This document shows positions 46,860 through 57,130 of a stretch of 64,000 nucleotides of DNA, piece by piece. Position 1 is the stretch's first letter. Each line of letters begins with the position of its first letter. Location of the stretch: IMG/VR virus record IMGVR_UViG_3300046733_000629; one strand, given 5' to 3'. The stretch comes from a virus (Duplodnaviria > Caudoviricetes). Under the pieces are notes generated by a model, which was not told the origin of the DNA, did not search any database, and was given only the letters and a program-made list of their open reading frames with translations. A program made the position numbers and the translations under genes.

Positions 46860-47153
46860 ATGCCAATTGAGAGAAAAGACAGGTCCTTCGATCTGATCTT
46901 TGATCAAGTATCAATGGACCATATTCCGGCTGAATACATAAAGGAGATTATGGTTGATTTAGGTACTGGAGAAAGGATCACGTTGACTAAAGATGATTTA
47001 TTAATGATTAAAAATAAGTCAGCAGATGATATCATTGCCGCACTAACGGTTGACTCAATGTCTAACATTAGTTTGAAGCTTGACTATAGTGCAATTAAAT
47101 CTGATGTACTACGTGGAGTGACAGGATTTTTAGGACAACATTTTGACAAATAG
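46860..47153 (+). CDS. Hypothetical protein
   Basis: 97-aa ORF. Confidence 0.65.
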   Translation: MPIERKDRSFDLIFDQVSMDHIPAEYIKEIMVDLGTGERITLTKDDLLMIKNKSADDIIAALTVDSMSNISLKLDYSAIKSDVLRGVTGFLGQHFDK

Positions 47154-47817
47154 TAATAGTAATATCTGGCTATGCGGTATACCAGGATCTAGATGGAGCG
47201 GAATTGATATACAATTGCGTTCTGTCTTACCTTCTGATCGTTCAGATGAAACACCAGATAGAACACAATACCACAGAGCGTTTGATCCAAATGACCCTAA
47301 CAATGGGCATCGTGGTAGCTATTGGGGCCCTGGTATGGGCTGTGGCGAAGACTGGGTAGACTTTAACTTTTTAACAAAACATAAATTACAAGACGATATC
47401 AACAATGTATTTTCTGGAGAAGGTTATCGTATTATTAAAAGTCATTTCTTTGCAAGGCATTTTAACTTAGATTTTATATGGAATAACTTTCCAGGTGATA
47501 AAATCATACTAGTTTATAGAGAACCACAAAAAAGTTTTGCTTGGTGGAGTGAAGTTATGTGCTTTGATGAAACACATTATCCAGATTACCGTCCAGGCTA
47601 TAAAAACTACGATAGAATGTGGGAAATACTATGGCAAGAAAGTTCTAAGATTACAGACTTTGCACTTAGAAAGAATTTAAATTTCCACACCTTTGATCTT
47701 AATCTATTTAACGAATGGGAAGGATTTGACTTTGACACCGCACAACATTTCAATGGGATAAATACTGATAAGCATAAAGATGTTTATATAGCATCTGCTA
47801 CAATCCCGGAGAAGTAA
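47143..47817 (+). CDS. Sulfotransferase-like / P-loop-related hypothetical protein
   Basis: WLCGIPGSRWS, IIKSH, IILVYREP (pattern typical of sulfotransferase folds). Confidence 0.5.
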   Translation: MTNSNSNIWLCGIPGSRWSGIDIQLRSVLPSDRSDETPDRTQYHRAFDPNDPNNGHRGSYWGPGMGCGEDWVDFNFLTKHKLQDDINNVFSGEGYRIIKSHFFARHFNLDFIWNNFPGDKIILVYREPQKSFAWWSEVMCFDETHYPDYRPGYKNYDRMWEILWQESSKITDFALRKNLNFHTFDLNLFNEWEGFDFDTAQHFNGINTDKHKDVYIASATIPEK

Positions 47818-48522
47818 ATGACATCACCCTTTAAAACGCCTTGGCACTTTGACAAATTTAGAAAAGATGAAGAAGGCGAATACGTAAAGATTGTAGGAAT
47901 CTTAGATGTAGATACAGTTTCAGACATTGTTAAGGCTCGTAGCAAGACTATGCAAAATCAACCTTACAATGAACAAAGATATGAACATGCCGCTAATAAG
48001 AAAAGCGATAATCATATTGAAGAAGATAAAGAAAACCCAGATGGCAAACCAGATGCTACAATGTTTAGAAAAATAAACTTTGATAAGTATCCAGGAGAGT
48101 TTCCACAATTCACAAAAATAGTAGACTTTTTAGCATTTGATACAAGTGAAAAATTAACTTGTAAATTTAATGATCAATATCCTAATGACCAGCTGATGTG
48201 GCATATTGATAATTTACCAGGTAACCCACGTATGGATCGTGTTATTGGCAATCCAGAATTTAAGAAAGCAAGTGGGAATAAAATTAGATTTTTAATTACA
48301 TTAGAAGATTGGGAACCTGGACAGGTATTTCAGTTTGGTAATAGAGTATACACACAATGGAAAGCTGGTACAATATTTACATGGGAATGGAGTACACTAC
48401 CTCACCTAACATGGAATGGTAGTTGGACTAAAAGACCATGCTTACAATTAACAGGAACTGCAACAGACAAGACTTGGGAAATAGTAAGAAACGGATCAGC
48501 TGATCACACATACAAATTTTAA
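47818..48522 (+). CDS. Fe(II)/2-oxoglutarate oxygenase-like (double-stranded beta-helix) protein
   Basis: WHID (HxD), WEPGQVFQFG, AGTIFTW...PH.TWNG...R. Confidence 0.65.
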   Translation: MTSPFKTPWHFDKFRKDEEGEYVKIVGILDVDTVSDIVKARSKTMQNQPYNEQRYEHAANKKSDNHIEEDKENPDGKPDATMFRKINFDKYPGEFPQFTKIVDFLAFDTSEKLTCKFNDQYPNDQLMWHIDNLPGNPRMDRVIGNPEFKKASGNKIRFLITLEDWEPGQVFQFGNRVYTQWKAGTIFTWEWSTLPHLTWNGSWTKRPCLQLTGTATDKTWEIVRNGSADHTYKF

Positions 48523-48527
48523 TGCAG

Positions 48528-48534
48528 ATAAATA
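48528..48534 (+). promoter_or_regulatory. Late-promoter-like ATAAATA
   Basis: In the 30-nt gap before the radical SAM gene at 48553. Confidence 0.55.
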
Positions 48535-48552
48535 ACATTATAAGGAATAAAC

Positions 48553-49977
48553 ATGGCAGATAATAAACTACCAAGCGATACTTTTTGTATCCTACCTTGG
48601 ATTCACCTTTCAACAAGACCAGACGGCAGTATGCGTGTATGTTGTACGGCTAACGCATCAAGTGTTGGAGCAACCAACGACAAAGAACATGGCGGCAGAG
48701 TTGGTATTGTTAGAACAGAAGATGGAAGACCAGCAAACTTAAATAACAGCGATCTAAATAGTTCGTGGAATAATAGCTATATGAGAAGTGTCAGACAAAT
48801 GATGCTTAAAGGCGATAAGCCTGCTAGTTGTTTAAAATGTTATAAAGAAGAAGATGCAGGACACAGATCAAAAAGACAATGGGAAACAGATTACTGGATT
48901 AAAGACGGTATTGATGTAGAACAATTAGTAAAGGAAACTTACGAAGATGGAAGTACTGATAGTAAATTACGGTATATTGATATCCGTATGGGGACGAAAT
49001 GTCAGTTGGGGTGCGTTATGTGTTCTCCACATGATAGTTCCGGCTGGGTAAAAGATTGGAATAAATTATATCCACAAATTACAAACGAGTCATTAAAAGA
49101 AACTATGACTTGGGAAAACAAAGGTAAAGAATTTGGTGCTAGTTATAATTGGCACAAAGACAATCCTGTATTTTGGGAACAATTTTATGCACAGATTCCA
49201 TATATTAGACAATTATATTTTGCTGGTGGTGAATCAACTGTTATTGAAGAACATTACGATATCTTAGATAAAGTTATTGAAATGGGATATGCACATCAAA
49301 TCGAAGTGCGTTATAATAGTAATGGTATTGAAATTCCAGATAGACTATTAGAGCAGTGGAAACATTTTCAAAAAGTAAGATTCCATTATAGTGTAGATAG
49401 CATTGAAGGTATGAATGATTATATTAGATACCCAAGTGAATGGGAACATAATCTAAAACAGTTTGAACTACTAGATACTAGAACAAGTAATAATGTAGAA
49501 ATTACTATTGCTTGTGCAGTTAATGCATTAAACATTCATTATATTCCAGACTTCCTTAAATGGAAACTACAACATGGATTTAAGAAAACAAACATGTGGC
49601 CTTTTGGTGCAGGTGGTATTAACTATCATTTTGTATATTGGCCAGGACACTTAAATGTTAAAGTGCTACCAGATGAATTCCTAGATAAGACTGAAGCTAA
49701 GTACGAAGAATTTATTGAATGGTGGAAAGAAAATTGGGAACTAGGTGTTCCTAGTTGGCACAAAGGCAAAGTATCATACGAGAAATGGCTAGATGCTAGT
49801 TACGGAATTAAACGACTCAGAGGCATGATTAGTTTTGCCCGTAGTGAAGATTGGAGCAGAAGACTTCCTGAATTCAGAGAATACATTAATAAATTAGATG
49901 AATTAAGAGGCACAGACTTCCGTGCTACCTTCCCTGAAATGGCATATCTTCTCGATGAGCCAGATGAAAAGCTATAG
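48553..49977 (+). CDS. Radical SAM protein with N-terminal twitch-like domain (subfamily B)
   Basis: FCILPW...CC...C.KC, GTKCQLGCVMC, YFAGGE. Confidence 0.92.
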   Translation: MADNKLPSDTFCILPWIHLSTRPDGSMRVCCTANASSVGATNDKEHGGRVGIVRTEDGRPANLNNSDLNSSWNNSYMRSVRQMMLKGDKPASCLKCYKEEDAGHRSKRQWETDYWIKDGIDVEQLVKETYEDGSTDSKLRYIDIRMGTKCQLGCVMCSPHDSSGWVKDWNKLYPQITNESLKETMTWENKGKEFGASYNWHKDNPVFWEQFYAQIPYIRQLYFAGGESTVIEEHYDILDKVIEMGYAHQIEVRYNSNGIEIPDRLLEQWKHFQKVRFHYSVDSIEGMNDYIRYPSEWEHNLKQFELLDTRTSNNVEITIACAVNALNIHYIPDFLKWKLQHGFKKTNMWPFGAGGINYHFVYWPGHLNVKVLPDEFLDKTEAKYEEFIEWWKENWELGVPSWHKGKVSYEKWLDASYGIKRLRGMISFARSEDWSRRLPEFREYINKLDELRGTDFRATFPEMAYLLDEPDEKL

Positions 49978-50176
49978 CAATATAATACCAAACGTATCCT
50001 GGAAAGAAGTAAACTTTTTGTTCTTTTGTGTTAAAGGACATTTAATTCCAACAGAATATACAAACGAAGATATTAGAAGTATGTACGATAGTTACTTTAA
50101 AAGACTATGGGGCAACAACGAAAGAATGATTTATTGCAGAGATGAGTTTGAAGAATTATGGGGTATGAAAAACTAA
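49964..50176 (+). CDS. Small hypothetical protein between radical SAM genes
   Basis: 70 aa from ATG 49964; contains LWGNNE. Confidence 0.6.
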   Translation: MKSYSNIIPNVSWKEVNFLFFCVKGHLIPTEYTNEDIRSMYDSYFKRLWGNNERMIYCRDEFEELWGMKN

Positions 50177-50180
50177 ACAT

Positions 50181-51431
50181 ATGGAACTTAGACCCAAAAC
50201 TGTTAGAGAAAAAATAGAAGAACTTCCAACAAAAAGTTATTGTGCATATGCATGGTCAGGTGCAGCAATAGGACCAACCGGTGATGTATTTCCATGTTGT
50301 AGATGGCAAGGACCTCACACTCAAGGTGACCCTAACGTTCCAAACATTAAAGATGGGTTAGTAGCAGCCAGAGAAGGAAAATATTTTTCTAGAATAAGAG
50401 AGCAAATGATCAATGGAGAATATCCTTCTGGTTGTGCTAAATGCTGGAGAATAGAAAAGAAAAGATTAGAAGAAGAAGATGCAGGAATTCCTAGCCCACA
50501 GGATAGTGTACCTAGAGTACAAATTGGTCACAGAATAAAAGTAACATCAACTAAACCTCAAACTGAAAAGATTAGATACTTAGAAACAGGTGTTAGTAAC
50601 TTGTGTAATATGGCATGTGTAATGTGTGGACCATTAGCAAGTAGTACAATATTTTCAATAAAAAATCCAGGTGTAAAAGTTCCCAAAGGCTTTCACCAAG
50701 ATAATACTAACATTGATGATGACTTATCAGAATTACGTTATTTAAAATTTGTAGGTGGTGAGCCTATGTTAGAAAAGAAACATGATGACTTACTAGAAAT
50801 GGTTATTAACCAAAACGCTGATCCTTCTCAACTAGAAATGGAATACCATACTAATGCAAGTGTATTTCCTAGTGAACGTGTTATAGCATGTTGGAAGAAA
50901 ATAAAACTAGTAAGAATTATTTTTAGTTTAGATGGAGTAGGTGACAAAGTTAAACTTCAAAGGCCAGGAAAATATGTTTGGCAAGATTTAGAAGATACTG
51001 TAGATAAGTATGTAGCTATAACTAATGAAGTCAATATAGAATTTTCATCCAATACAGTATTAACTTCATTGAATATAGGACAAGGAATTGATACAGTAAA
51101 ATGGCTTTATAAAAAAGTAGGTAAATGTACGTTAGGTTGGTTTAATGTTAACCCAGAAGTTATGCCAAAGGTATCATCAAAGTATTTAAATCATAGAAAC
51201 CTAAGTAAAGAAACTAAAGAAAGAATTAAAAAAGAAATAGCTGATTTTAAACAATCAGAACACCCGGCATTAAAGACACCAATTGCTAAAATTTTAGATA
51301 TTATTCTACATCACATAGATGAGCATGGTGACTTAGACGAAGACTTGACCAGAGAATTGATTTTAGAAAAACATACTAATAAAGATAGATGGAAACACTT
51401 TGGTGAAGAATTAAAAAATTTAGATATATAG
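50181..51431 (+). CDS. Radical SAM protein (subfamily B)
   Basis: YCAYAW...PCC...CAKC, SNLCNMACVMC, KFVGGEP. Confidence 0.92.
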   Translation: MELRPKTVREKIEELPTKSYCAYAWSGAAIGPTGDVFPCCRWQGPHTQGDPNVPNIKDGLVAAREGKYFSRIREQMINGEYPSGCAKCWRIEKKRLEEEDAGIPSPQDSVPRVQIGHRIKVTSTKPQTEKIRYLETGVSNLCNMACVMCGPLASSTIFSIKNPGVKVPKGFHQDNTNIDDDLSELRYLKFVGGEPMLEKKHDDLLEMVINQNADPSQLEMEYHTNASVFPSERVIACWKKIKLVRIIFSLDGVGDKVKLQRPGKYVWQDLEDTVDKYVAITNEVNIEFSSNTVLTSLNIGQGIDTVKWLYKKVGKCTLGWFNVNPEVMPKVSSKYLNHRNLSKETKERIKKEIADFKQSEHPALKTPIAKILDIILHHIDEHGDLDEDLTRELILEKHTNKDRWKHFGEELKNLDI

Positions 51432-51439
51432 GAAAGAAC

Positions 51440-51976
51440 ATGAAATACATTTTAGTTGCTCTCAAAGAAGAGCTACCAGACCATGATTTACCTTCATCAG
51501 AATTCCAAGTATGGTATACTGGTGTTGGAAAAGTAAACGCATCTATATTTGCTACGTTAGCATGTATACAAAAAGACTGTGAAGCTGTTATTAATTACGG
51601 AACAGCAGGTACATTAAAACCTGAACTAGCCGGACAGTTACTACAAATAGGTACAGTTAGACAACGTGATATGGATGCAAGACCACAAGCAGAATTAGGT
51701 GTTACACCTTTTGATAATTCAGGATTTGATGGTGATATAGAACTTAGTAACAGTGCATACATATTAAGCACAGGTGATAACTTTGTAACGTCAGCACCAG
51801 AACTTGAAAGTGATTGTGTTGATATGGAAGCATATGCAATTGCCAAAGTATGTAAACACTTTCAAAAGCCATTTATATGTTATAAATATATTAGTGATTT
51901 AGCTGATGAGAATGCAGCAAAGACTTGGGTCGAAAATCAATCTAAAGGAGCTGATGCTTTTATAGCAATGACATAA
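51440..51976 (+). CDS. 5'-methylthioadenosine/SAH (5'-deoxyadenosine) nucleosidase
   Basis: TGVGKVNA, INYGTAG, STGDNFV, VDMEAYAIA, KYISD.AD. Confidence 0.88.
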   Translation: MKYILVALKEELPDHDLPSSEFQVWYTGVGKVNASIFATLACIQKDCEAVINYGTAGTLKPELAGQLLQIGTVRQRDMDARPQAELGVTPFDNSGFDGDIELSNSAYILSTGDNFVTSAPELESDCVDMEAYAIAKVCKHFQKPFICYKYISDLADENAAKTWVENQSKGADAFIAMT

Positions 51977-51977
51977 T

Positions 51978-53231
51978 ATGAGTGGATTCTGTGCATTACC
52001 ATTTGTTCAATATAGTACATACAACGGAGGTCGTTTTAGATTATGTTGTATGGCTAAAGAACCTACTGAACTTGTTAATCAAGAGAAGCTAGGTATTGAT
52101 GGTACATGGAATCACAAATATATAAAAGAAGTAAGACGTAAAATGACTGCTGGTGAGAAACTACCAGAGTGTATTGAATGTCATCATTTAGAGCGTAATG
52201 GAATAATGAGTTCACGCCAATGGGAAAACAAAGTATGGGCAGATGTTATTGATGATATAGTAGCAGATGCATCAGCTAATGATTGGAAAGTTGATCAGCC
52301 ATTACAATTTGATTTTAGACTTGGTAACTTATGCAATTTGCAATGCCAGATGTGCAACAAAGAAGCATCTCATTTAGTGAGTGTGGAACGTGCGGCAATG
52401 GTACAAAGCGGACTCGGAGCGAACCATCCTGATTGGGACGGCAATATTGCAAATAAAAAAGAAGCATTACTTCAACCAGGGATTGAATGGGAAAGTTTTG
52501 AAAGAATGTTACCTTATGCTCGTAAGATAAAACTGATAGGTGGCGAACCAACAGTAGCACAAGATATGTTTAAGTTGTTAGATATTGCAACAGAAAGTGG
52601 ACATGCTGAACATATTGAATTAAGTTTTTACACAAACATAACTAACATGCAAGACAAATGGCTTAATCAACTAGCTAAGTTTGAGAAAGTAATTGTTAAC
52701 TGTTCGTTAGAAGGAATGGGAGATATGAATGATTATTTACGTCCTCCATCTAAATGGGCAAGTGTTTGGAAGAATTTTGATAAATTAGTACAGTTTGCTG
52801 ATACTAAAGCAGGTAAGCGTATTAAGGTACGTGTTACTACAGTAAACCAAATGACCAACGCATTGCATATAACTAAGTTTTGGAAGTATATGCATGATTA
52901 CCAGATGACTAGTAATAGAGGCATTGGCATGAGTACCAATCAGTTAGTAGAGCCGGCATACTATAGCATGGCAAATGCTCCTGAATGGTTAAAGAAAGAA
53001 CAACGTGAACAGATTTTGGAATTTCTCAAAAGCATTGGCAATAGTCCGCATTTTGAGCAATATGAAGAACCTCTTATGGAGGTTGTTAATTTTAGTTTGG
53101 ATACTGAGCATAAGTATGATGCTGACATCATGCAACAGTATGTTCAAATCACAGAAAACTACGACAGATTCAGACAACACGATATTACCAAAGTGTCGCC
53201 CGAATTTGAAAGAATTAAAAGAGACCTCTGA
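51978..53231 (+). CDS. Radical SAM protein (subfamily B)
   Basis: FCALPF...CC...C.EC, GNLCNLQCQMC, KLIGGEP. Confidence 0.92.
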   Translation: MSGFCALPFVQYSTYNGGRFRLCCMAKEPTELVNQEKLGIDGTWNHKYIKEVRRKMTAGEKLPECIECHHLERNGIMSSRQWENKVWADVIDDIVADASANDWKVDQPLQFDFRLGNLCNLQCQMCNKEASHLVSVERAAMVQSGLGANHPDWDGNIANKKEALLQPGIEWESFERMLPYARKIKLIGGEPTVAQDMFKLLDIATESGHAEHIELSFYTNITNMQDKWLNQLAKFEKVIVNCSLEGMGDMNDYLRPPSKWASVWKNFDKLVQFADTKAGKRIKVRVTTVNQMTNALHITKFWKYMHDYQMTSNRGIGMSTNQLVEPAYYSMANAPEWLKKEQREQILEFLKSIGNSPHFEQYEEPLMEVVNFSLDTEHKYDADIMQQYVQITENYDRFRQHDITKVSPEFERIKRDL

Positions 53232-53288
53232 TATAACTGAAGCAGAAACTTATCGTCAGTGGGATTGTAAATGGAGTATTGATTTTTA

Positions 53289-54434
53289 ATGAAGTATGGA
53301 TTTAACAGTTGGAATAGTTGGGATAGACTAAAAGAATGCATGGTTGGCAATGTATATCCTACAGATTTCTTTTCAGTATATAAAGATAAAAGAATAGGTG
53401 ATGCATTAGAAAAAGTAAATGAAGATTCTAGACAAGATATTGCCAACCTTATTAATATTTTAAAAAGTGCAAGTGTCAAAGTAATACAAACGCCTAGTAA
53501 GTTTATAGACAAACGAGGCAATACAATTGATGATGTAAATAAAAACATTGAATATAGTAATACAATTCAAAAACCAATGCTTAGTCCTAGAGATGATTTT
53601 ATTGTAATGGGTGATACACTAGTTAATACAAGTGCTAATCATGCATATAACACATGGGGACCGTGGCAAGGTTGTGATGACTATATTAATCTTACTCGTG
53701 ATTTTGATGAAAAGTGGAATGATCCAGAAATGACTAAGTTCAAGGAAACATTAATGACGGATGAGTTTGATGTAGATGCACCTTGTATTATGCGAGCAGG
53801 TAAAGATATACAAGTTGATATAAGCCATCATAACAAAGGAACTATGGAATTTGCTAATACTTGGTTACCTAAACATATGCCTAATTTTAGAGTAAACACA
53901 ATAGAAATGGGTGGACACAGTGATGCAGTTATTTGTTTAGTTAAGCCAGGATTAATTATAAGTCATAGAAAAGTTAATAATTATGATGAACTATATCCTG
54001 GATGGGAAGTAATATATGTAGACAGACCAATGGACGAATATATAGATGCATATTGGGAACAAAAGAATAATATACCTAGTGTAATTAATTACTGGATAGA
54101 TGGTCAAGAAAGTAATAATGTATTACATGAATTTATAGGCAAGTGGATGCAAGTAGGACATGTTTACGAAACACATTTTAATGTTAATTGTTTAAGCATA
54201 GACGAAAGTACACTTGTATGTAATTATTATGATAAAGAACTAGCACAGAAATTAAAAAAACATAATGTTGAATTAGTAGAAGCACCAATGAGACACAGAC
54301 ATTTTTGGGATTGTGGAGTACATTGTGCAACAGTTGATTTGATAAGAGAAGGTGAATGTAAGGATTATTTTCCAACTAGAAAACAAGGACAATTTTTTGG
54401 AAAGCCGTGGGGAAATAATGAGACAAGAAGATAA
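53289..54434 (+). CDS. Amidinotransferase (glycine / inosamine-phosphate amidinotransferase family, pentein fold)
   Basis: NSWDRLKECMVG, PRDD, GGHSD, NCLSID, HCAT (catalytic His and Cys). Confidence 0.85.
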   Translation: MKYGFNSWNSWDRLKECMVGNVYPTDFFSVYKDKRIGDALEKVNEDSRQDIANLINILKSASVKVIQTPSKFIDKRGNTIDDVNKNIEYSNTIQKPMLSPRDDFIVMGDTLVNTSANHAYNTWGPWQGCDDYINLTRDFDEKWNDPEMTKFKETLMTDEFDVDAPCIMRAGKDIQVDISHHNKGTMEFANTWLPKHMPNFRVNTIEMGGHSDAVICLVKPGLIISHRKVNNYDELYPGWEVIYVDRPMDEYIDAYWEQKNNIPSVINYWIDGQESNNVLHEFIGKWMQVGHVYETHFNVNCLSIDESTLVCNYYDKELAQKLKKHNVELVEAPMRHRHFWDCGVHCATVDLIREGECKDYFPTRKQGQFFGKPWGNNETRR

Positions 54435-55641
54435 ATTTGGATTTAAAAGTTACAACAGTTGGGATCCATTAAAAAAAGTATTAATAGGAAGTACATTACC
54501 TAAAGACTTTTTTGCAGATTTTCCAGATAAAAAAGTAGCAGATGCTATGACCAAAGTAAATGAAGAAACACGTGAAGACTTGGATTACTTTGCAAAAGTT
54601 TTAGAAGAATCGTATGGTGTGCAAGTTTACAGAATGCCTGAAGCTTGTGTACTAAAAGACAGAAGATATAACAGTGTAGCAGAATTTATAGACTCTAATG
54701 GATATATTCCTAAACCATTTAATGCACCTAGAGACGATCAAATTATATTTGGTGAACATATGATTACAGGAACTACAAATCCTGTACATAGAATATTTCA
54801 CGGAACAAAAGAAGATACACATAATATATTCGACAACTATGCACCTTGGGCTGGCTGTAGTGATTTAATTGATATTGCTGATCCTCAACAAGAATTAAAC
54901 ATATTTGATGCAGTAGGTAAACCAGGCTTTACAATGAGTTGGCCTAGTATTATGAGAGCTGGCAAAGACATTATAATTGACATACACGACTTCAACGGTC
55001 CTACAAGACATTTAGCAGAAGCATGGGTAGATAAATTTAATGAGAAGTTTGGATATGATTTTAGAATAAACACAACAACAATGGGTGGTCATACTGATGC
55101 AGTTATGGCACTTGTAAAACCTGGACTTATAATAAGTCATACTAACGTAAACAAATATGAACAAACATTTCCTGGGTGGGATGTTATTAAAATACAACGA
55201 GCTCACAATGATCATACAACAGCATGGAATGACTTTCGTATATCTGAAAAAGATAAATGGAGAGGATCTAAAAAAAGACCTGTAGCAGATTATTGGATTG
55301 CTGGAGAAGAACATAATGTTGCATTAAATAAGTTTATTGATTTATATATGCATCCAAGCGTAGGTAGTTGCTTTGAAACTAACTTTGATGTTAATTGTTT
55401 AAGCATAGATGAGAATACAGTAGTTGCTAGTGGTCCTAGTAAAGTATTAGAGGACAAACTTGGCGAGCATAAGGTAGATGTAATTACTTGCAATATGCGT
55501 CATAGATTTTTCTGGGATGGCGGATTACATTGTGCAACTGTAGACTTATATCGCGAAGGCGATTGTGAAGATTATTTTCCAGAACGTACTACTGGTATTG
55601 ATTTTGGAAAACTATGGGGCAATAACGAACTACGCAGGTAA
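54418..55641 (+). CDS. Amidinotransferase, tandem paralog of the previous gene
   Basis: NSWDPLKKVLIG, PRDD, GGHTD, DGGLHCAT; start at ATG 54418. Confidence 0.85.
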   Translation: MRQEDKFGFKSYNSWDPLKKVLIGSTLPKDFFADFPDKKVADAMTKVNEETREDLDYFAKVLEESYGVQVYRMPEACVLKDRRYNSVAEFIDSNGYIPKPFNAPRDDQIIFGEHMITGTTNPVHRIFHGTKEDTHNIFDNYAPWAGCSDLIDIADPQQELNIFDAVGKPGFTMSWPSIMRAGKDIIIDIHDFNGPTRHLAEAWVDKFNEKFGYDFRINTTTMGGHTDAVMALVKPGLIISHTNVNKYEQTFPGWDVIKIQRAHNDHTTAWNDFRISEKDKWRGSKKRPVADYWIAGEEHNVALNKFIDLYMHPSVGSCFETNFDVNCLSIDENTVVASGPSKVLEDKLGEHKVDVITCNMRHRFFWDGGLHCATVDLYREGDCEDYFPERTTGIDFGKLWGNNELRR

Positions 55642-55671
55642 AACTAATAGTTAATCATTACATTCTCTGAA

Positions 55672-55678
55672 ATAAATA
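55672..55678 (+). promoter_or_regulatory. Late-promoter-like ATAAATA
   Basis: Intergenic, 31 nt before 55710. Confidence 0.55.
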
Positions 55679-55709
55679 TAATAAAGACAAATTCTATAGG
55701 AGATTAATT

Positions 55710-57122
55710 ATGGCACAAAAAGCGTTTATGGCAGATGCTGGAGTTCGTTTAAACGATTGGACTATCGTAGAATTAGCAAATGGCGATCTGCAAGTTTCAA
55801 ATATGCATACAATATCAGGCTCACAACGAATGTTTAGAGTTGATAAAGGATTACGTATTGGTGATTGGAGAATGACTATTGACGGTAACGGAGATATGTT
55901 ATTATCAGAGACTGCAATAACAGGATCGCAAAGACCTTTTATAGCAGATGGCGGAGTTAAGATTGGTGATTGGACATTACATCAAACACCAGACGGTGAT
56001 CTACATGCAGAAAAAGATGCAGTATCAATAAACTATAGCTTATCGTGCGATTATTCAACAGTTAATGAAGGTGGTACAGTTACCATAACGTTAACAACAA
56101 CAGGCGTAGCCAATGGAACTACCTTGCCATATACAATTACAGGAGTTGCTAGTGCAGATATTGATAATGCTAGCCTTACAGGAAACTTTGTAACTGGAAC
56201 AACTGATTCCATAACTTTAAACATTACAGCTGATACTACTACAGAAGGAACAGAAACTTTACAAATAGCATTAGATAATGGCAACGCAAGTAAGAGTGTT
56301 ACAATTAATGATACATCAACAACACCAGCTACTCAAGACGCTTCTGATTTTAATTGGAGCGTAACAACAACAATTGATCATTCTACTAATGGTGCTAATA
56401 CTATCAGCAGTAGTAATTATGACGATGCAAATTATCAGGCGCAATTAGCAGAAGGTGATACTATGACATGGACAGCAACAACAAATGCACCAAATGGAAC
56501 TACAGTATATTTCACTACTGTTTCAACATATTATGGTAGCTATGATTCAGCTGGTGATCCAAATTGGAATGACATATCAGGTAATCCTGGAACAAGTGGA
56601 ACTCTAACAGTTTCAAACGGACAAGTTAGTGCTACTATAACTGCGATAAGTGATAACACCGCAGAAGATGGCGAACTGAGACAAGTTTGGTTAATGAAAC
56701 AAGCAGGTGATTATAGTAATGTTCTTTCTAAATCACAATGGTTCCATATTGCTGATCCATCACAAAACTGGACTGCTCCATCGTCAGGTGAAACATTTAC
56801 AGGTGGTGAATACTACATGGACTCAGGCTCATCACAAGCACAATGGTATACAGCAGCTGACGGTTCAAATGGAAACGCACAAGTCCGTATTAGAATAGAT
56901 GAAGGACACGATCATGACTTACGCCGTGATATTAACTATGTTCTAGATAACTTATCAACAGGTGATACATTCTATGTTGGTACAACATCAGGAACTTCAA
57001 TGACAGTAACAGGTAATATTACTAAGACTCAAATCAGTGGCGATTATTATGATTATTACTTTGATGTAAGTGTAGCACCATCAAGTACAACATACTTTTA
57101 CGAATATACAGTAGTAGCATAA
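55710..57122 (+). CDS. Probable virion or fibre-type protein with three N-terminal repeats of about 35 aa and Calx-beta/Ig-like domains
   Basis: Q..F..D.G..I.DW......GD repeats; VNEGGTVTITLTTTGVANGTTLPYTITGV; Thr/Ser/Gly-rich. Confidence 0.6.
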   Translation: MAQKAFMADAGVRLNDWTIVELANGDLQVSNMHTISGSQRMFRVDKGLRIGDWRMTIDGNGDMLLSETAITGSQRPFIADGGVKIGDWTLHQTPDGDLHAEKDAVSINYSLSCDYSTVNEGGTVTITLTTTGVANGTTLPYTITGVASADIDNASLTGNFVTGTTDSITLNITADTTTEGTETLQIALDNGNASKSVTINDTSTTPATQDASDFNWSVTTTIDHSTNGANTISSSNYDDANYQAQLAEGDTMTWTATTNAPNGTTVYFTTVSTYYGSYDSAGDPNWNDISGNPGTSGTLTVSNGQVSATITAISDNTAEDGELRQVWLMKQAGDYSNVLSKSQWFHIADPSQNWTAPSSGETFTGGEYYMDSGSSQAQWYTAADGSNGNAQVRIRIDEGHDHDLRRDINYVLDNLSTGDTFYVGTTSGTSMTVTGNITKTQISGDYYDYYFDVSVAPSSTTYFYEYTVVA

Positions 57123-57130
57123 TAAATAGA

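Noticed and set aside
52131-52140. Third copy of the GTAAGACGT operator
   Set aside because: It is only a half-site, inside a coding region, with no promoter nearby.
53005-53289. 94-aa alternate-frame ORF bridging the radical SAM and amidinotransferase genes
   Set aside because: It mostly overlaps the radical SAM CDS and has no SD or motif.
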